From the NCBI RefSeq assembly GCF_055900595.2, contig NZ_CM148325.1: a stretch of DNA of 64,000 bases. One strand, written 5' to 3'. Within the stretch, counting starts at the first letter, position 1. Each line of letters starts with the position of its first letter. The notes beneath the pieces are model-generated. The model worked only from the letters and a program-made list of their open reading frames with translations. It had not been told where the DNA came from and ran no database searches. Made by a program: the position numbers and the translations under genes. Positions 52,315 to 64,000 of the stretch are shown one piece after another.

Positions 52315-54744
52315 ATGACATTAACAAGACGTGAATTTATTAAACACAGCGGTATTGCCGCTGGGGCGCTGGTGGTGACATCGGCTGCACCGCTACCCGC
52401 ATGGGCAGAAGAGAAGGGGGGCAAAATCCTCACCGCGGGCCGTTGGGGAGCGATGAACGTAGAAGTGAAGGACGGGAAGATTGTTTCTTCGACAGGCGCG
52501 CTGGCGAAAACCATACCGAACTCCTTACAGTCTACGGCGGCGGATCAGGTACATACAACGGCGCGTATTCAGCATCCGATGGTGAGAAAAAGCTATCTCG
52601 ATAATCCACTGCAACCGGCGAAAGGTCGTGGCGAAGATACCTATGTACAGGTGAGCTGGGAACAAGCATTAAAACTTATTCATGAGCAACACGATCGCAT
52701 TCGCAAAGCTAACGGACCATCGGCCATTTTTGCCGGATCTTACGGCTGGCGCTCTTCTGGCGTGTTACATAAAGCGCAAACCTTACTGCAACGTTATATG
52801 AATCTTGCGGGCGGTTATTCAGGGCATAGCGGCGATTATTCAACCGGGGCGGCACAGGTAATCATGCCGCACGTGGTGGGTTCCGTGGAGGTGTATGAAC
52901 AGCAGACCTCCTGGCCACTGATTCTGGAAAACAGTCAGGTGGTGGTGTTGTGGGGGATGAACCCGCTGAATACCTTAAAAATTGCCTGGAGCAGTACCGA
53001 TGAGCAAGGTCTGGAATACTTCCATCAGCTGAAAAAATCTGGCAAACCAGTGATTGCCATTGATCCTATCCGCTCCGAAACCATCGAATTCTTTGGCAAT
53101 AATGCCACCTGGATCGCGCCGAATATGGGCACCGACGTGGCACTGATGTTAGGGATTGCACATACCCTGATGACACAAGGCAAACACGACAAAGTGTTCC
53201 TTGAAAAATACACCACCGGATATCCGCAATTTGAAGAGTACCTCGCAGGTAAGAGCGATAATACGCCGAAGAACGCGGCCTGGGCGGCGGAAATTACTGG
53301 CGTAGCGGAAGCGCAGATAGTCAAACTCGCCGAACTGATGGCGGCGAATCGCACAATGCTGATGGCAGGCTGGGGAATTCAACGCCAGCAATATGGTGAA
53401 CAGAAACACTGGATGCTGGTGACGCTGGCGGCGATGTTAGGGCAGATTGGTACACCGGGCGGCGGGTTTGGTTTCTCTTATCATTACTCAAACGGTGGCA
53501 ACCCGACGCGTGTTGGCGGCGTGCTGCCGGAAATGTCTGCGGCGATTGCCGGACAGGCCAGCGAGGAAGCTGATGATGGCGGAATGACGGCGATTCCTGT
53601 CGCCCGTATTGTTGATGCGCTGGAAAATCCTGGCGGCAAATATCAGCATAACGGTAAAGAACAAACGTATCCGAATATCAAAATGATCTGGTGGGCGGGT
53701 GGCGGTAACTTTACCCATCACCAGGATACCAATCGTCTGATTAAAGCATGGCAGAAACCGGAGATGATCGTCGTTTCTGAATGCTACTGGACCGCAGCTG
53801 CTAAACATGCAGATATCGTATTACCGATCACTACATCGTTTGAGCGCAATGACTTGACGATGACCGGTGATTACAGCAACCAGCATATTGTACCGATGAA
53901 GCAGGCTGTCGCTCCGCAATTTGAAGCGCGTAACGATTTTGATGTGTTTGCCGATCTTGCTGAATTACTCAAACCTGGCGGAAAAGAGATCTATACCGAA
54001 GGTAGAGATGAAATGGCGTGGCTGAAATTTTTCTATGATGCCGCTCAGAAAGGTGCGCGTGCGCAACGCGTGACTATGCCGATGTTTAATGCTTTCTGGC
54101 AGCAAAATAAACTGATCGAAATGCGCCGCAGCGAGAAGAACGAACAGTACGTTCGTTATGCTGATTTCCGCGCCGATCCGGTGAAAAATGCGCTGGGTAC
54201 GCCAAGCGGCAAAATTGAGATCTACTCTAAAACGCTGGAAAAATTTGGCTATAAGGATTGTCCGGCACACCCAACCTGGCTTGCGCCTGATGAGTGGAAG
54301 GGTGCCGCCGACGAGAAACAGTTGCAGCTTCTGACCGCGCATCCGGCACACCGTTTACACAGTCAGCTTAACTATGCTGAGTTGCGTAAAAAATATGCGG
54401 TTGCCGATCGTGAGCCGATCACTATTCACACCGAAGATGCTGCTCGCTTTGGTATTGCGAATGGCGATCTGGTGCGTGTCTGGAACAAACGTGGTCAAAT
54501 CCTGACAGGCGCGGTGGTGACTGACGGGATTAAAAAAGGCGTGGTATGCGTGCATGAAGGTGCATGGCCGGATCTGGAAAATGGCCTGTGTAAAAACGGC
54601 AGTGCGAACGTGTTAACGGCGGATATTCCCAGCTCGCAGCTGGCGAATGCCTGTGCCGGTAACTCTGCGCTGGTGTATATCGAAAAATATACGGGCAATG
54701 CACCGAAGTTAACGGCGTTTGATCAGCCAGCTGTTCAGGCATAA
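52315..54744 (+). CDS. torZ: TMAO/N-oxide reductase catalytic subunit TorZ (BisZ)
   Basis: Track ORF 52297..54744 trimmed to ATG 52315 ([21 protein letters not shown]..., Tat signal RREFIK) after AGGGAGGA SD; matches K-12 TorZ (809 aa). Confidence 0.93.
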   Translation: MTLTRREFIKHSGIAAGALVVTSAAPLPAWAEEKGGKILTAGRWGAMNVEVKDGKIVSSTGALAKTIPNSLQSTAADQVHTTARIQHPMVRKSYLDNPLQPAKGRGEDTYVQVSWEQALKLIHEQHDRIRKANGPSAIFAGSYGWRSSGVLHKAQTLLQRYMNLAGGYSGHSGDYSTGAAQVIMPHVVGSVEVYEQQTSWPLILENSQVVVLWGMNPLNTLKIAWSSTDEQGLEYFHQLKKSGKPVIAIDPIRSETIEFFGNNATWIAPNMGTDVALMLGIAHTLMTQGKHDKVFLEKYTTGYPQFEEYLAGKSDNTPKNAAWAAEITGVAEAQIVKLAELMAANRTMLMAGWGIQRQQYGEQKHWMLVTLAAMLGQIGTPGGGFGFSYHYSNGGNPTRVGGVLPEMSAAIAGQASEEADDGGMTAIPVARIVDALENPGGKYQHNGKEQTYPNIKMIWWAGGGNFTHHQDTNRLIKAWQKPEMIVVSECYWTAAAKHADIVLPITTSFERNDLTMTGDYSNQHIVPMKQAVAPQFEARNDFDVFADLAELLKPGGKEIYTEGRDEMAWLKFFYDAAQKGARAQRVTMPMFNAFWQQNKLIEMRRSEKNEQYVRYADFRADPVKNALGTPSGKIEIYSKTLEKFGYKDCPAHPTWLAPDEWKGAADEKQLQLLTAHPAHRLHSQLNYAELRKKYAVADREPITIHTEDAARFGIANGDLVRVWNKRGQILTGAVVTDGIKKGVVCVHEGAWPDLENGLCKNGSANVLTADIPSSQLANACAGNSALVYIEKYTGNAPKLTAFDQPAVQA

Positions 54745-54753
54745 GACGTGAAA

Positions 54754-54773
54754 AGCGCCCGGAAACGGGCGCT
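54754..54773. repeat. 20-nt palindrome AGCGCCCGGAAACGGGCGCT downstream of torZ
   Basis: Perfect hairpin 10 nt after the torZ stop; near-identical copy at 54926-54945. Confidence 0.6.
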
Positions 54774-54802
54774 AAATTGCTGAGAAAGTGTGCTTTGTTC
54801 AT

Positions 54803-54900
54803 GCCGGATGCGACGTGAACGCCTTATCCGGCCTACAAAATTGTGCAAATTCAATATATTGCAGGAGATGAGTAGGCCTGATAAGCGTAGCGCATCAGGC
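54803..54900. repeat. REP pair (BIME) between torZ and cmoB
   Basis: GCCGGATGCGACGTGAACGCCTTATCCGGCCTAC (54803-54836) and inverted GTAGGCCTGATAAGCGTAGCGCATCAGGC (54872-54900). Confidence 0.75.
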
Positions 54901-54925
54901 AGTTTTTGCGTTTGTCATCTATCTC

Positions 54926-54945
54926 AGCGCCCGGAAATGGGCGCT
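54926..54945. repeat. 20-nt palindrome AGCGCCCGGAAATGGGCGCT, second copy, just downstream of cmoB
   Basis: Differs from the 54754 copy at one loop base; followed by AAATTTTT. Confidence 0.6.
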
Positions 54946-54951
54946 AAATTT

Positions 54952-57099
<2,148 letters not shown>

Positions 57100-57151
57100 A
57101 CAAACTCCCTTTAAAATGGCCGATGGCACCTGTCTATGATAGGTGGCAAAT

Positions 57152-57970
57152 TCAGAAAAGAGAAGATTGCTGTGGAATAGCCGGAACTGCTCCGATCTCT
57201 GGAAGCGTTTTACGTAAGTCTTCCCACAGGGTATGTACCAGTTCCGGTGCCTGGGCAATATCTGGCGTATGTAAAAAAAGATAAGGCGTAGTGGTCTGAT
57301 GCCACTGCGCTAATTTTTGTAACCAAACCTGAAACAACTCTCGGTTTTGCGTCATATCATCACTACCGATAAAACGGATCAGCGGATTTGTCGCCGTCAG
57401 CACAGCATGTACGGGAACTTTAGGTTTTTTCCGTTGAGCGTCGCGAATAGCTTCACTGTGTGGGCGTGCTGCATGAACCGGGCGGCTGTCTAAAATCACC
57501 CGATTAACGCCGCGCTGATGTAAACCGCGATTAAGTGTTTGTTCCTCTTCCCCTTTGGCGAAAAACTGTGGATGTCGGACTTCCACACCATAATTAAACT
57601 CGCCGGGAAGAGAGTCGAGAAAATGCCAAAGCGCAGGCAGATCCCGTGGGCCAAATGTGGCAGGCAGTTGCAGCCAGTATTGCCCAATGCGCGGCGCTAA
57701 CGGTGACAAGCGAGTCAAAAATCCAGTTACTAAATCATCGCAATGCCGTAATGCTGCCTGATGCGAAATGGTCGCCGGAAACTTAAAACAGAAGCGAAAA
57801 TTATCTGTGGTCTGCTCACGCCAGCGCAGGACAACCTCGGGTTTCGGCAGAGCGTATAGCGTGGTGTTGCCCTCCACACAGTTAAAATGGCGGGCATACT
57901 CTTCCAGGCTGGTTATCCCCAGACGGATCCATTTAGGATGCGACCATTGCGGCAGACCGATGTAAATCAT
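57152..57970 (-). CDS. yecE: DUF72 family protein YecE
   Basis: Track ORF 272 aa; matches K-12 YecE. Confidence 0.88.
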   Translation of the reverse strand: MIYIGLPQWSHPKWIRLGITSLEEYARHFNCVEGNTTLYALPKPEVVLRWREQTTDNFRFCFKFPATISHQAALRHCDDLVTGFLTRLSPLAPRIGQYWLQLPATFGPRDLPALWHFLDSLPGEFNYGVEVRHPQFFAKGEEEQTLNRGLHQRGVNRVILDSRPVHAARPHSEAIRDAQRKKPKVPVHAVLTATNPLIRFIGSDDMTQNRELFQVWLQKLAQWHQTTTPYLFLHTPDIAQAPELVHTLWEDLRKTLPEIGAVPAIPQQSSLF

Positions 57971-58533
57971 AATGCGTTGAGGATCTCTTCCACACTGCGC
58001 ACACGGGCGATGCGTGGGTAGATATGGTTGATGCTGTTATTGTGCTGCTCGGCGCTGGCGGCGCTGCAGGCGTCTTCGGCAATCACCAGATTAAAACCAA
58101 GTTCCCAGGCATTGCGGGCGGTGGATTCAACACCGATATTGGTCGAGATCCCACATAATACTATTGTATCGATACCCCGGCGGCGTAATTGCAACTCCAG
58201 ATCCGTACCGTAAAACGCACCCCATTGACGTTTGATGATTTCGATATCGCTGTCGGTTGCACCTAATGCAGCAGGATGTTGCCACCAGTTTTCGGGTAAC
58301 ACTTTAGCGGGGGAGGGGGCATCAACCGGCTGTTTTAATGCTTCGGCATAATCGGCAGACCAGCCAACGCGCACCAGAAACACGGGCTGACTGCTCGCGC
58401 GAAATTTCGCCGCCAGCTTCCCGGCGCGATTAACCACCTCATCGGCAGTATGCGGGCCACCGGCAAAAGGTAAGATGCCTTCTTGTAAATCAATCACCAC
58501 CAGCGCAGTGGTTTTAGCATTCAGTTCAAGCAT
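57967..58533 (-). CDS. yecD: Isochorismatase-family hydrolase YecD
   Basis: Track ORF 188 aa; matches K-12 YecD; 4-nt overlap with yecE. Confidence 0.9.
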   Translation of the reverse strand: MLELNAKTTALVVIDLQEGILPFAGGPHTADEVVNRAGKLAAKFRASSQPVFLVRVGWSADYAEALKQPVDAPSPAKVLPENWWQHPAALGATDSDIEIIKRQWGAFYGTDLELQLRRRGIDTIVLCGISTNIGVESTARNAWELGFNLVIAEDACSAASAEQHNNSINHIYPRIARVRSVEEILNAL

Positions 58534-58842
58534 GTTGTCTCCTGATAAAACGAAATCGTGCCTTTCACCTTAATGCGATTAGCTGATGGCGGAACGACAA
58601 ATTTTGTTAATTTTTATGAGTTCGGGCAACACCTTTATAGCAAACTGGCGTAGAGTCTGATTTCAGGCCCGATATAAAGTGGTAACGAGGCGTTCCAGCG
58701 CGGGCCAGGCTCTTACGGTGCGGCAGAATTTCCAGTATAATAGCCGCCTTTTTTCATTCAGTTGTGACATACAGCTAACGCTGCGACTTGGTCACCTGCG
58801 CAGCAGGGGGCATCCGCCGGCAGCTAAGTTAAGGGATATCTC

Positions 58843-60615
58843 ATGCGTACAGAATATTGTGGACAGCTCCGTTTGTCCCACGTGGGGCAGCAGGTGACTC
58901 TGTGTGGTTGGGTCAACCGTCGTCGTGATCTTGGTAGCCTGATCTTCATCGATATGCGCGACCGCGAAGGTATCGTGCAGGTATTTTTCGATCCGGATCG
59001 TGCGGACGCGTTAAAGCTGGCCTCTGAACTGCGTAATGAGTTCTGCATTCAGGTCACGGGCACCGTACGTGCGCGTGACGAAAAAAATATCAACCGCGAT
59101 ATGGCGACCGGCGAAATCGAAGTGCTGGCCTCCTCGCTGACCATCATCAACCGCGCAGACGTTCTGCCGCTTGACTCTAACCACGTCAACACCGAAGAAG
59201 CGCGACTGAAATACCGCTACCTCGACCTGCGTCGTCCGGAAATGGCTCAGCGCCTGAAAACCCGCGCTAAAATCACCAGCCTGGTGCGCCGTTTTATGGA
59301 TGACCACGGCTTCCTCGACATCGAAACTCCGATGCTGACCAAAGCCACGCCGGAAGGCGCGCGTGACTACCTGGTGCCTTCTCGTGTGCACAAAGGGAAA
59401 TTCTACGCACTGCCGCAGTCTCCGCAGCTGTTCAAACAGCTGCTGATGATGTCTGGTTTTGACCGCTACTATCAGATTGTAAAATGCTTCCGTGACGAAG
59501 ACCTGCGTGCTGATCGTCAGCCTGAATTCACCCAGATCGATGTGGAAACCTCTTTCATGACCGCGCCGCAAGTGCGTGAAGTGATGGAAGCGCTGGTACG
59601 CCATTTGTGGCTGGAAGTGAAGGGCGTGGATCTCGGTGATTTCCCTGTAATGACCTTTGCGGAAGCAGAACGCCGTTATGGTTCTGATAAACCGGATCTG
59701 CGTAACCCGATGGAACTGACTGACGTTGCTGATCTGCTGAAATCCGTTGAGTTCGCGGTATTCGCAGGTCCGGCGAACGATCCGAAAGGCCGCGTTGCCG
59801 CTCTGCGTGTTCCGGGTGGCGCATCGCTGACCCGTAAGCAGATCGACGAATACGGTAACTTCGTTAAAATCTACGGCGCGAAAGGTCTGGCGTACATCAA
59901 AGTTAACGAACGTGCGAAAGGTCTGGAAGGTATCAACAGCCCGGTAGCGAAGTTCCTCAACGCTGAAATCATCGAAGCCATCCTGGATCGTACTGCCGCG
60001 CAAGATGGCGATATGATTTTCTTCGGTGCTGATAACAAGAAAATTGTTGCCGACGCGATGGGCGCATTGCGTCTGAAAGTGGGTAAAGACCTTGGTCTGA
60101 CCGACGAAAGCAAATGGGCACCGCTGTGGGTTATCGACTTCCCGATGTTTGAAGACGACGGTGAAGGCGGCCTGACGGCAATGCACCATCCGTTCACCTC
60201 ACCGAAAGACATGACGGCGGCAGAGTTGAAAGCTGCACCGGAAAATGCGGTGGCGAACGCTTACGATATGGTCATCAATGGTTACGAAGTGGGCGGTGGT
60301 TCTGTGCGTATCCATAATGGGGATATGCAGCAGACGGTGTTTGGTATTCTGGGGATCAACGAAGAGGAACAGCGCGAGAAATTCGGCTTCCTGCTCGACG
60401 CCCTGAAATACGGTACTCCGCCGCACGCAGGTCTGGCATTCGGTCTTGACCGTCTGACCATGCTGCTGACCGGTACCGACAACATCCGTGACGTTATCGC
60501 CTTCCCGAAAACCACGGCGGCAGCGTGTCTGATGACCGAAGCGCCAAGCTTTGCTAACCCGACTGCTCTGTCCGAGCTGAGCATTCAGGTTGTGAAGAAG
60601 GCAGAGAATAATTGA
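58843..60615 (+). CDS. aspS: Aspartate--tRNA ligase AspS
   Basis: Track ORF 590 aa; class II aaRS motifs; matches K-12 AspS. Confidence 0.96.
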   Translation: MRTEYCGQLRLSHVGQQVTLCGWVNRRRDLGSLIFIDMRDREGIVQVFFDPDRADALKLASELRNEFCIQVTGTVRARDEKNINRDMATGEIEVLASSLTIINRADVLPLDSNHVNTEEARLKYRYLDLRRPEMAQRLKTRAKITSLVRRFMDDHGFLDIETPMLTKATPEGARDYLVPSRVHKGKFYALPQSPQLFKQLLMMSGFDRYYQIVKCFRDEDLRADRQPEFTQIDVETSFMTAPQVREVMEALVRHLWLEVKGVDLGDFPVMTFAEAERRYGSDKPDLRNPMELTDVADLLKSVEFAVFAGPANDPKGRVAALRVPGGASLTRKQIDEYGNFVKIYGAKGLAYIKVNERAKGLEGINSPVAKFLNAEIIEAILDRTAAQDGDMIFFGADNKKIVADAMGALRLKVGKDLGLTDESKWAPLWVIDFPMFEDDGEGGLTAMHHPFTSPKDMTAAELKAAPENAVANAYDMVINGYEVGGGSVRIHNGDMQQTVFGILGINEEEQREKFGFLLDALKYGTPPHAGLAFGLDRLTMLLTGTDNIRDVIAFPKTTAAACLMTEAPSFANPTALSELSIQVVKKAENN

Positions 60616-60616
60616 T

Positions 60617-61060
60617 ATGACTTATAAGCGTCCCGTTTCTATTCTGGTGGTTATTTATGCGCAAGATACGAAACGGGTGCTGATGTTACAGCGGCGTGAT
60701 GATCCCGATTTCTGGCAGTCAGTAACCGGCAGTGTGGAAGAGGGGGAAACCGCGCCGCAAGCCGCCATGCGCGAAGTAAAGGAAGAGGTCACCATTGATG
60801 TTGTCGCTGAACAACTGGCCTTAATTGACTGTCAGCGCACGGTGGAGTTTGAAATTTTTTCACATTTACGTCATCGCTATGCGCCGGGCGTAACGCGTAA
60901 TACGGAATCTTGGTTCTGTCTTGCACTCCCGCACGAGCGCCAGATCGTTTTCACTGAACATCTGGCCTACAAGTGGCTTGATGCGCATGCTGCGGCGGCG
61001 CTCACAAAGTCATGGAGCAACCGGCAGGCGATTGAACAGTTTGTAATTAACGCTGCCTGA
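60617..61060 (+). CDS. nudB: Dihydroneopterin triphosphate diphosphatase NudB
   Basis: Track ORF 147 aa; Nudix box [21 protein letters not shown]; ATG 1 nt after aspS stop. Confidence 0.9.
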
Positions 61061-61088
61061 ACAGGCAGGGCTACCTGGAGATATTTTT

Positions 61089-61829
61089 ATGGCAGGTCAT
61101 AGTAAATGGGCCAACACCAGACATCGTAAAGCTGCGCAGGATGCTAAGCGCGGTAAAATCTTCACTAAAATCATTCGTGAACTGGTAACCGCGGCGAAGC
61201 TGGGCGGTGGAGATCCGGATGCTAACCCGCGTCTGCGAGCAGCCATTGACAAAGCACTGTCTAACAACATGACCCGTGACACCCTGAACCGCGCAATTGC
61301 CCGTGGTGTGGGTGGTGATGATGATGCAAACATGGAAACCATCATCTACGAAGGTTACGGTCCTGGCGGCACGGCAATCATGATTGAATGTCTGTCTGAT
61401 AACCGCAACCGTACCGTTGCTGAAGTGCGTCACGCATTCAGCAAATGTGGCGGTAACCTCGGTACTGATGGTTCCGTAGCCTATCTGTTCAGCAAAAAAG
61501 GCGTGATCTCCTTCGAGAAAGGCGATGAAGACACCATCATGGAAGCAGCTCTGGAAGCTGGTGCTGAAGATGTTGTGACCTATGATGATGGCGCGATTGA
61601 CGTCTACACTGCATGGGAGGAAATGGGCAAAGTACGCGACGCTCTGGAAGCGGCAGGTCTGAAAGCAGACAGCGCGGAAGTTTCCATGATCCCGTCCACC
61701 AAAGCTGATATGGATGCAGAAACCGCACCGAAACTGATGCGTCTGATCGATATGCTGGAAGATTGCGACGACGTGCAGGAAGTCTACCATAACGGTGAAA
61801 TCTCTGATGAGGTTGCAGCGACTCTCTGA
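61089..61829 (+). CDS. yebC: YebC/PmpR family transcriptional regulator
   Basis: Track ORF 246 aa; matches K-12 YebC. Confidence 0.95.
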
Positions 61830-61863
61830 TGAGGCCTGCTAAACAGCAAAACGGAGACGCGTG

Positions 61864-62385
61864 ATGGCTATTATTCTCGGCATTGACCCGGGTTCGCGCG
61901 TGACCGGCTATGGCGTCATCCGCCAGGTAGGCAGGCAGCTGTCCTACCTGGGTAGCGGATGTATACGCACCAAAGTGGATGATTTACCGTCTCGTCTTAA
62001 GCTCATCTATGCGGGCGTGACGGAAATCATCACCCAGTTCCAGCCTGATTATTTCGCCATTGAACAAGTCTTTATGGCTAAAAATGCCGACTCGGCCCTG
62101 AAGCTGGGGCAGGCGCGTGGCGTGGCGATTGTGGCGGCGGTGAATCAGGAATTACCGGTATTTGAATACGCGGCACGTCAGGTAAAGCAAACGGTGGTAG
62201 GTATTGGTAGTGCCGAAAAAAGCCAGGTGCAGCATATGGTTCGCACCTTGCTGAAACTCCCCGCTAATCCTCAGGCGGATGCCGCTGATGCGCTGGCAAT
62301 TGCCATCACCCACTGCCACGTTAGTCAGAATGCGATGCAGATGAGCGAATCGCGGCTGAACCTGGCTCGCGGGAGACTGCGTTAA
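61864..62385 (+). CDS. ruvC: Holliday junction resolvase RuvC
   Basis: Track ORF 61861..62385 trimmed to ATG 61864 ([18 protein letters not shown]...); matches K-12 RuvC (173 aa). Confidence 0.95.
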
Positions 62386-62443
62386 TAAGATTCAGGGAAT
62401 ATTCATTGCCGACTGGCAATTACTAGGGCAGGGAGTGCCTCTG

Positions 62444-63952
62444 ATGACAATGTTAAAAACAGTAAGATTCTGGCTCGTCGAATTAATACTGCTGGCAGTT
62501 GTGTTGCCCGTATTAGCGATAATTTTTTACTCCTGTACTCTATTTTTTCCTTTTTACGCCGAAGGCGGTATCTTGGAGTTTAGCGCCACACTAATAGTGA
62601 CTGCTTTAAGTGGTCTGGCGTTAGGAAGGGTAAGAAGTGCCTTTGTCCCGCTAAATTTATCATTCATTTCCCTGATCCTCCCGGAAACCCTGCTACTTTT
62701 TTATACACTTGTTGTCTGGCTAACATTACTTATTATTACGGATAGTGAGTTTAATAGTGGACTATTTTATACCGGGCAGGATTGGTTGGGCATTTTCAGC
62801 CTATTAACTGAGGCTGCGACGGAAGACGAATTTTTTACGCCATCGTTAATGCAGGTGGCTACGCCTGCGATACCGGCTGTGGGTATTCTGGTCTATATTG
62901 TCTCACTGACGCATGCTGCAAGAGGGCGAAACCGGCTGACGAACATTGTAGGATGGCGTTATATCGTAATCCCGGTTTTAATGGCGGTTATAAGCATTGC
63001 GGGATTACTCGCATGGCAAATCCATGACAGAAGTGAAAGAAAAGTGGTCAGTGTGCCAGAAACGCAGCTTTCTGAGCGCTTGGCATTAAAAGATTATTCT
63101 CCCTTTACCGCCAATAATAAATTAACACACCTCAATGAACAGGCCACGCTGGCGATAGCGAGTAACTGGCCGCAACTGAATGGCGCGACAGCGCTCTATC
63201 CACTGTATGCCTCGATGGCGCAAATGGTTTATCGCAATCTGAATGAGGAAAGTGCCGAGGATTATATAAAGTGCTGGAAAACCCAGGGAGCCTACACAGC
63301 TTTGATAGAAGGGCGCGCGGATCTTATTTTTGTCGCCGAACCCTCTGATGAGCAACGAGAGCAGGCGCGTAACAGTGGCGTTGGTTTGCATTTTTATCCT
63401 CTGGCGCGAGAGGCTTTTGTTTTTGTCACTCATAAAGATAATCCGGTTACAGCGTTGAGTGATAAACAGATCCGCCAAATCTATTCTGGCGACATCAATA
63501 ACTGGCAGGATGTTGGCGGGCGCGACGCACGGATCATGCCTTTTCAGCGACCGGAAGGCTCAGGTAGCCAGACAATTATGTTAGCGGCTGTGATGAAGCA
63601 GGAAAAAATGCGCAAACCGCTGGAAACGGAACGGATAAGCGAAATGCAGGGGTTGATACGTAATGTTGCCAGCTATCAGAACAGTACAAATGCTTTGGGG
63701 TATACGTTCCGGTACTACTCAACACAAATGCACCACAGCGATAATCTCCGCTTGCTAGCGGTAAATGGTATTGCGCCAACGGCAGAAAATATTCGCAGCG
63801 GGAAGTACCCCTATACGGTAACGGTTTATATGGTTAGCGCGGGAAGACCTGACGCGCAGGTGCAAAAAATAATCGACTGGTTTTTGAGTGCGCAGGGGCA
63901 GAAAATGGTCGCTGAAACCGGATATATCCCGTTGGGAAAATCAACCAGGTGA
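62444..63952 (+). CDS. Hypothetical polytopic membrane protein with C-terminal PstS-like (phosphate/anion-binding) domain
   Basis: Track ORF 62435..63952; ATG 62444 preceded by GGGAG SD; N-terminal ~190 aa contain at least 5 hydrophobic helices; C-terminal ~300 aa carry PstS-like motifs (IYSGDINNWQDVGG, RPEGSGSQT, NALGYTFRYY); not recognised as a K-12 gene at this locus. Confidence 0.6.
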   Translation: MTMLKTVRFWLVELILLAVVLPVLAIIFYSCTLFFPFYAEGGILEFSATLIVTALSGLALGRVRSAFVPLNLSFISLILPETLLLFYTLVVWLTLLIITDSEFNSGLFYTGQDWLGIFSLLTEAATEDEFFTPSLMQVATPAIPAVGILVYIVSLTHAARGRNRLTNIVGWRYIVIPVLMAVISIAGLLAWQIHDRSERKVVSVPETQLSERLALKDYSPFTANNKLTHLNEQATLAIASNWPQLNGATALYPLYASMAQMVYRNLNEESAEDYIKCWKTQGAYTALIEGRADLIFVAEPSDEQREQARNSGVGLHFYPLAREAFVFVTHKDNPVTALSDKQIRQIYSGDINNWQDVGGRDARIMPFQRPEGSGSQTIMLAAVMKQEKMRKPLETERISEMQGLIRNVASYQNSTNALGYTFRYYSTQMHHSDNLRLLAVNGIAPTAENIRSGKYPYTVTVYMVSAGRPDAQVQKIIDWFLSAQGQKMVAETGYIPLGKSTR

Positions 63953-64000
63953 ACATACGTAAATGGCAAAAACCATCACCAATGGTTTTTGCCATGATAT

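Noticed and set aside
59011-60189. 392-aa ORF on the minus strand
   Set aside because: Antisense to aspS; shadow ORF.
60617-60640. nudB N-terminus (MTYKRPVS) appears shorter than the K-12 N-terminus I recall (MKDKVYKRPVS)
   Set aside because: Rests only on my memory of the K-12 sequence; the ATG 1 nt after the aspS stop is a normal coupled start, so I treat it as an allelic or annotation difference.

Overview
This window reads as Escherichia coli core chromosome, collinear with (and the reverse complement of) the K-12 MG1655 segment yedK to ruvC. Gene identities come from my recollection of K-12 protein sequences, not from a database search. It covers flagellar region IIIa (fliT-fliS-fliD on the minus strand, then fliC and fliA-fliZ-tcyJ), the cystine/D-cysteine genes dcyD-tcyL-tcyN, sdiA, uvrY-uvrC-pgsA, the glyW-cysT-leuZ tRNA operon, tyrP, ftnA, azuC, ftnB, araFGH, otsBA, uspC and flagellar region II (flhDC, motAB-cheAW, tar-tap-cheRBYZ, flhBAE). 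After that come argS, yecM-cutC, torYZ, the yecDE-yecN-cmoAB operon, aspS-nudB-yebC-ruvC and one final ORF that I do not recognise from K-12. It is not K-12 itself: fliC (524 aa) and fliD (470 aa) are different alleles with divergent central domains, and there is no IS element upstream of flhD. I found no CRISPR array, IS element, integrase, prophage or defence-system genes and no convincing novel system; the only gene-content novelty is the 502-aa ORF downstream of ruvC (membrane-anchored PstS-like domain protein). Many ORF-track calls carry spurious N-terminal extensions, so I adjusted starts using internal ATG/GTG/TTG codons, Shine-Dalgarno spacing and known protein N-termini. Regulatory sites listed are ones I could read directly: sigma28 promoters, CRP and TyrR boxes, hairpin terminators and REP/BIME repeats.
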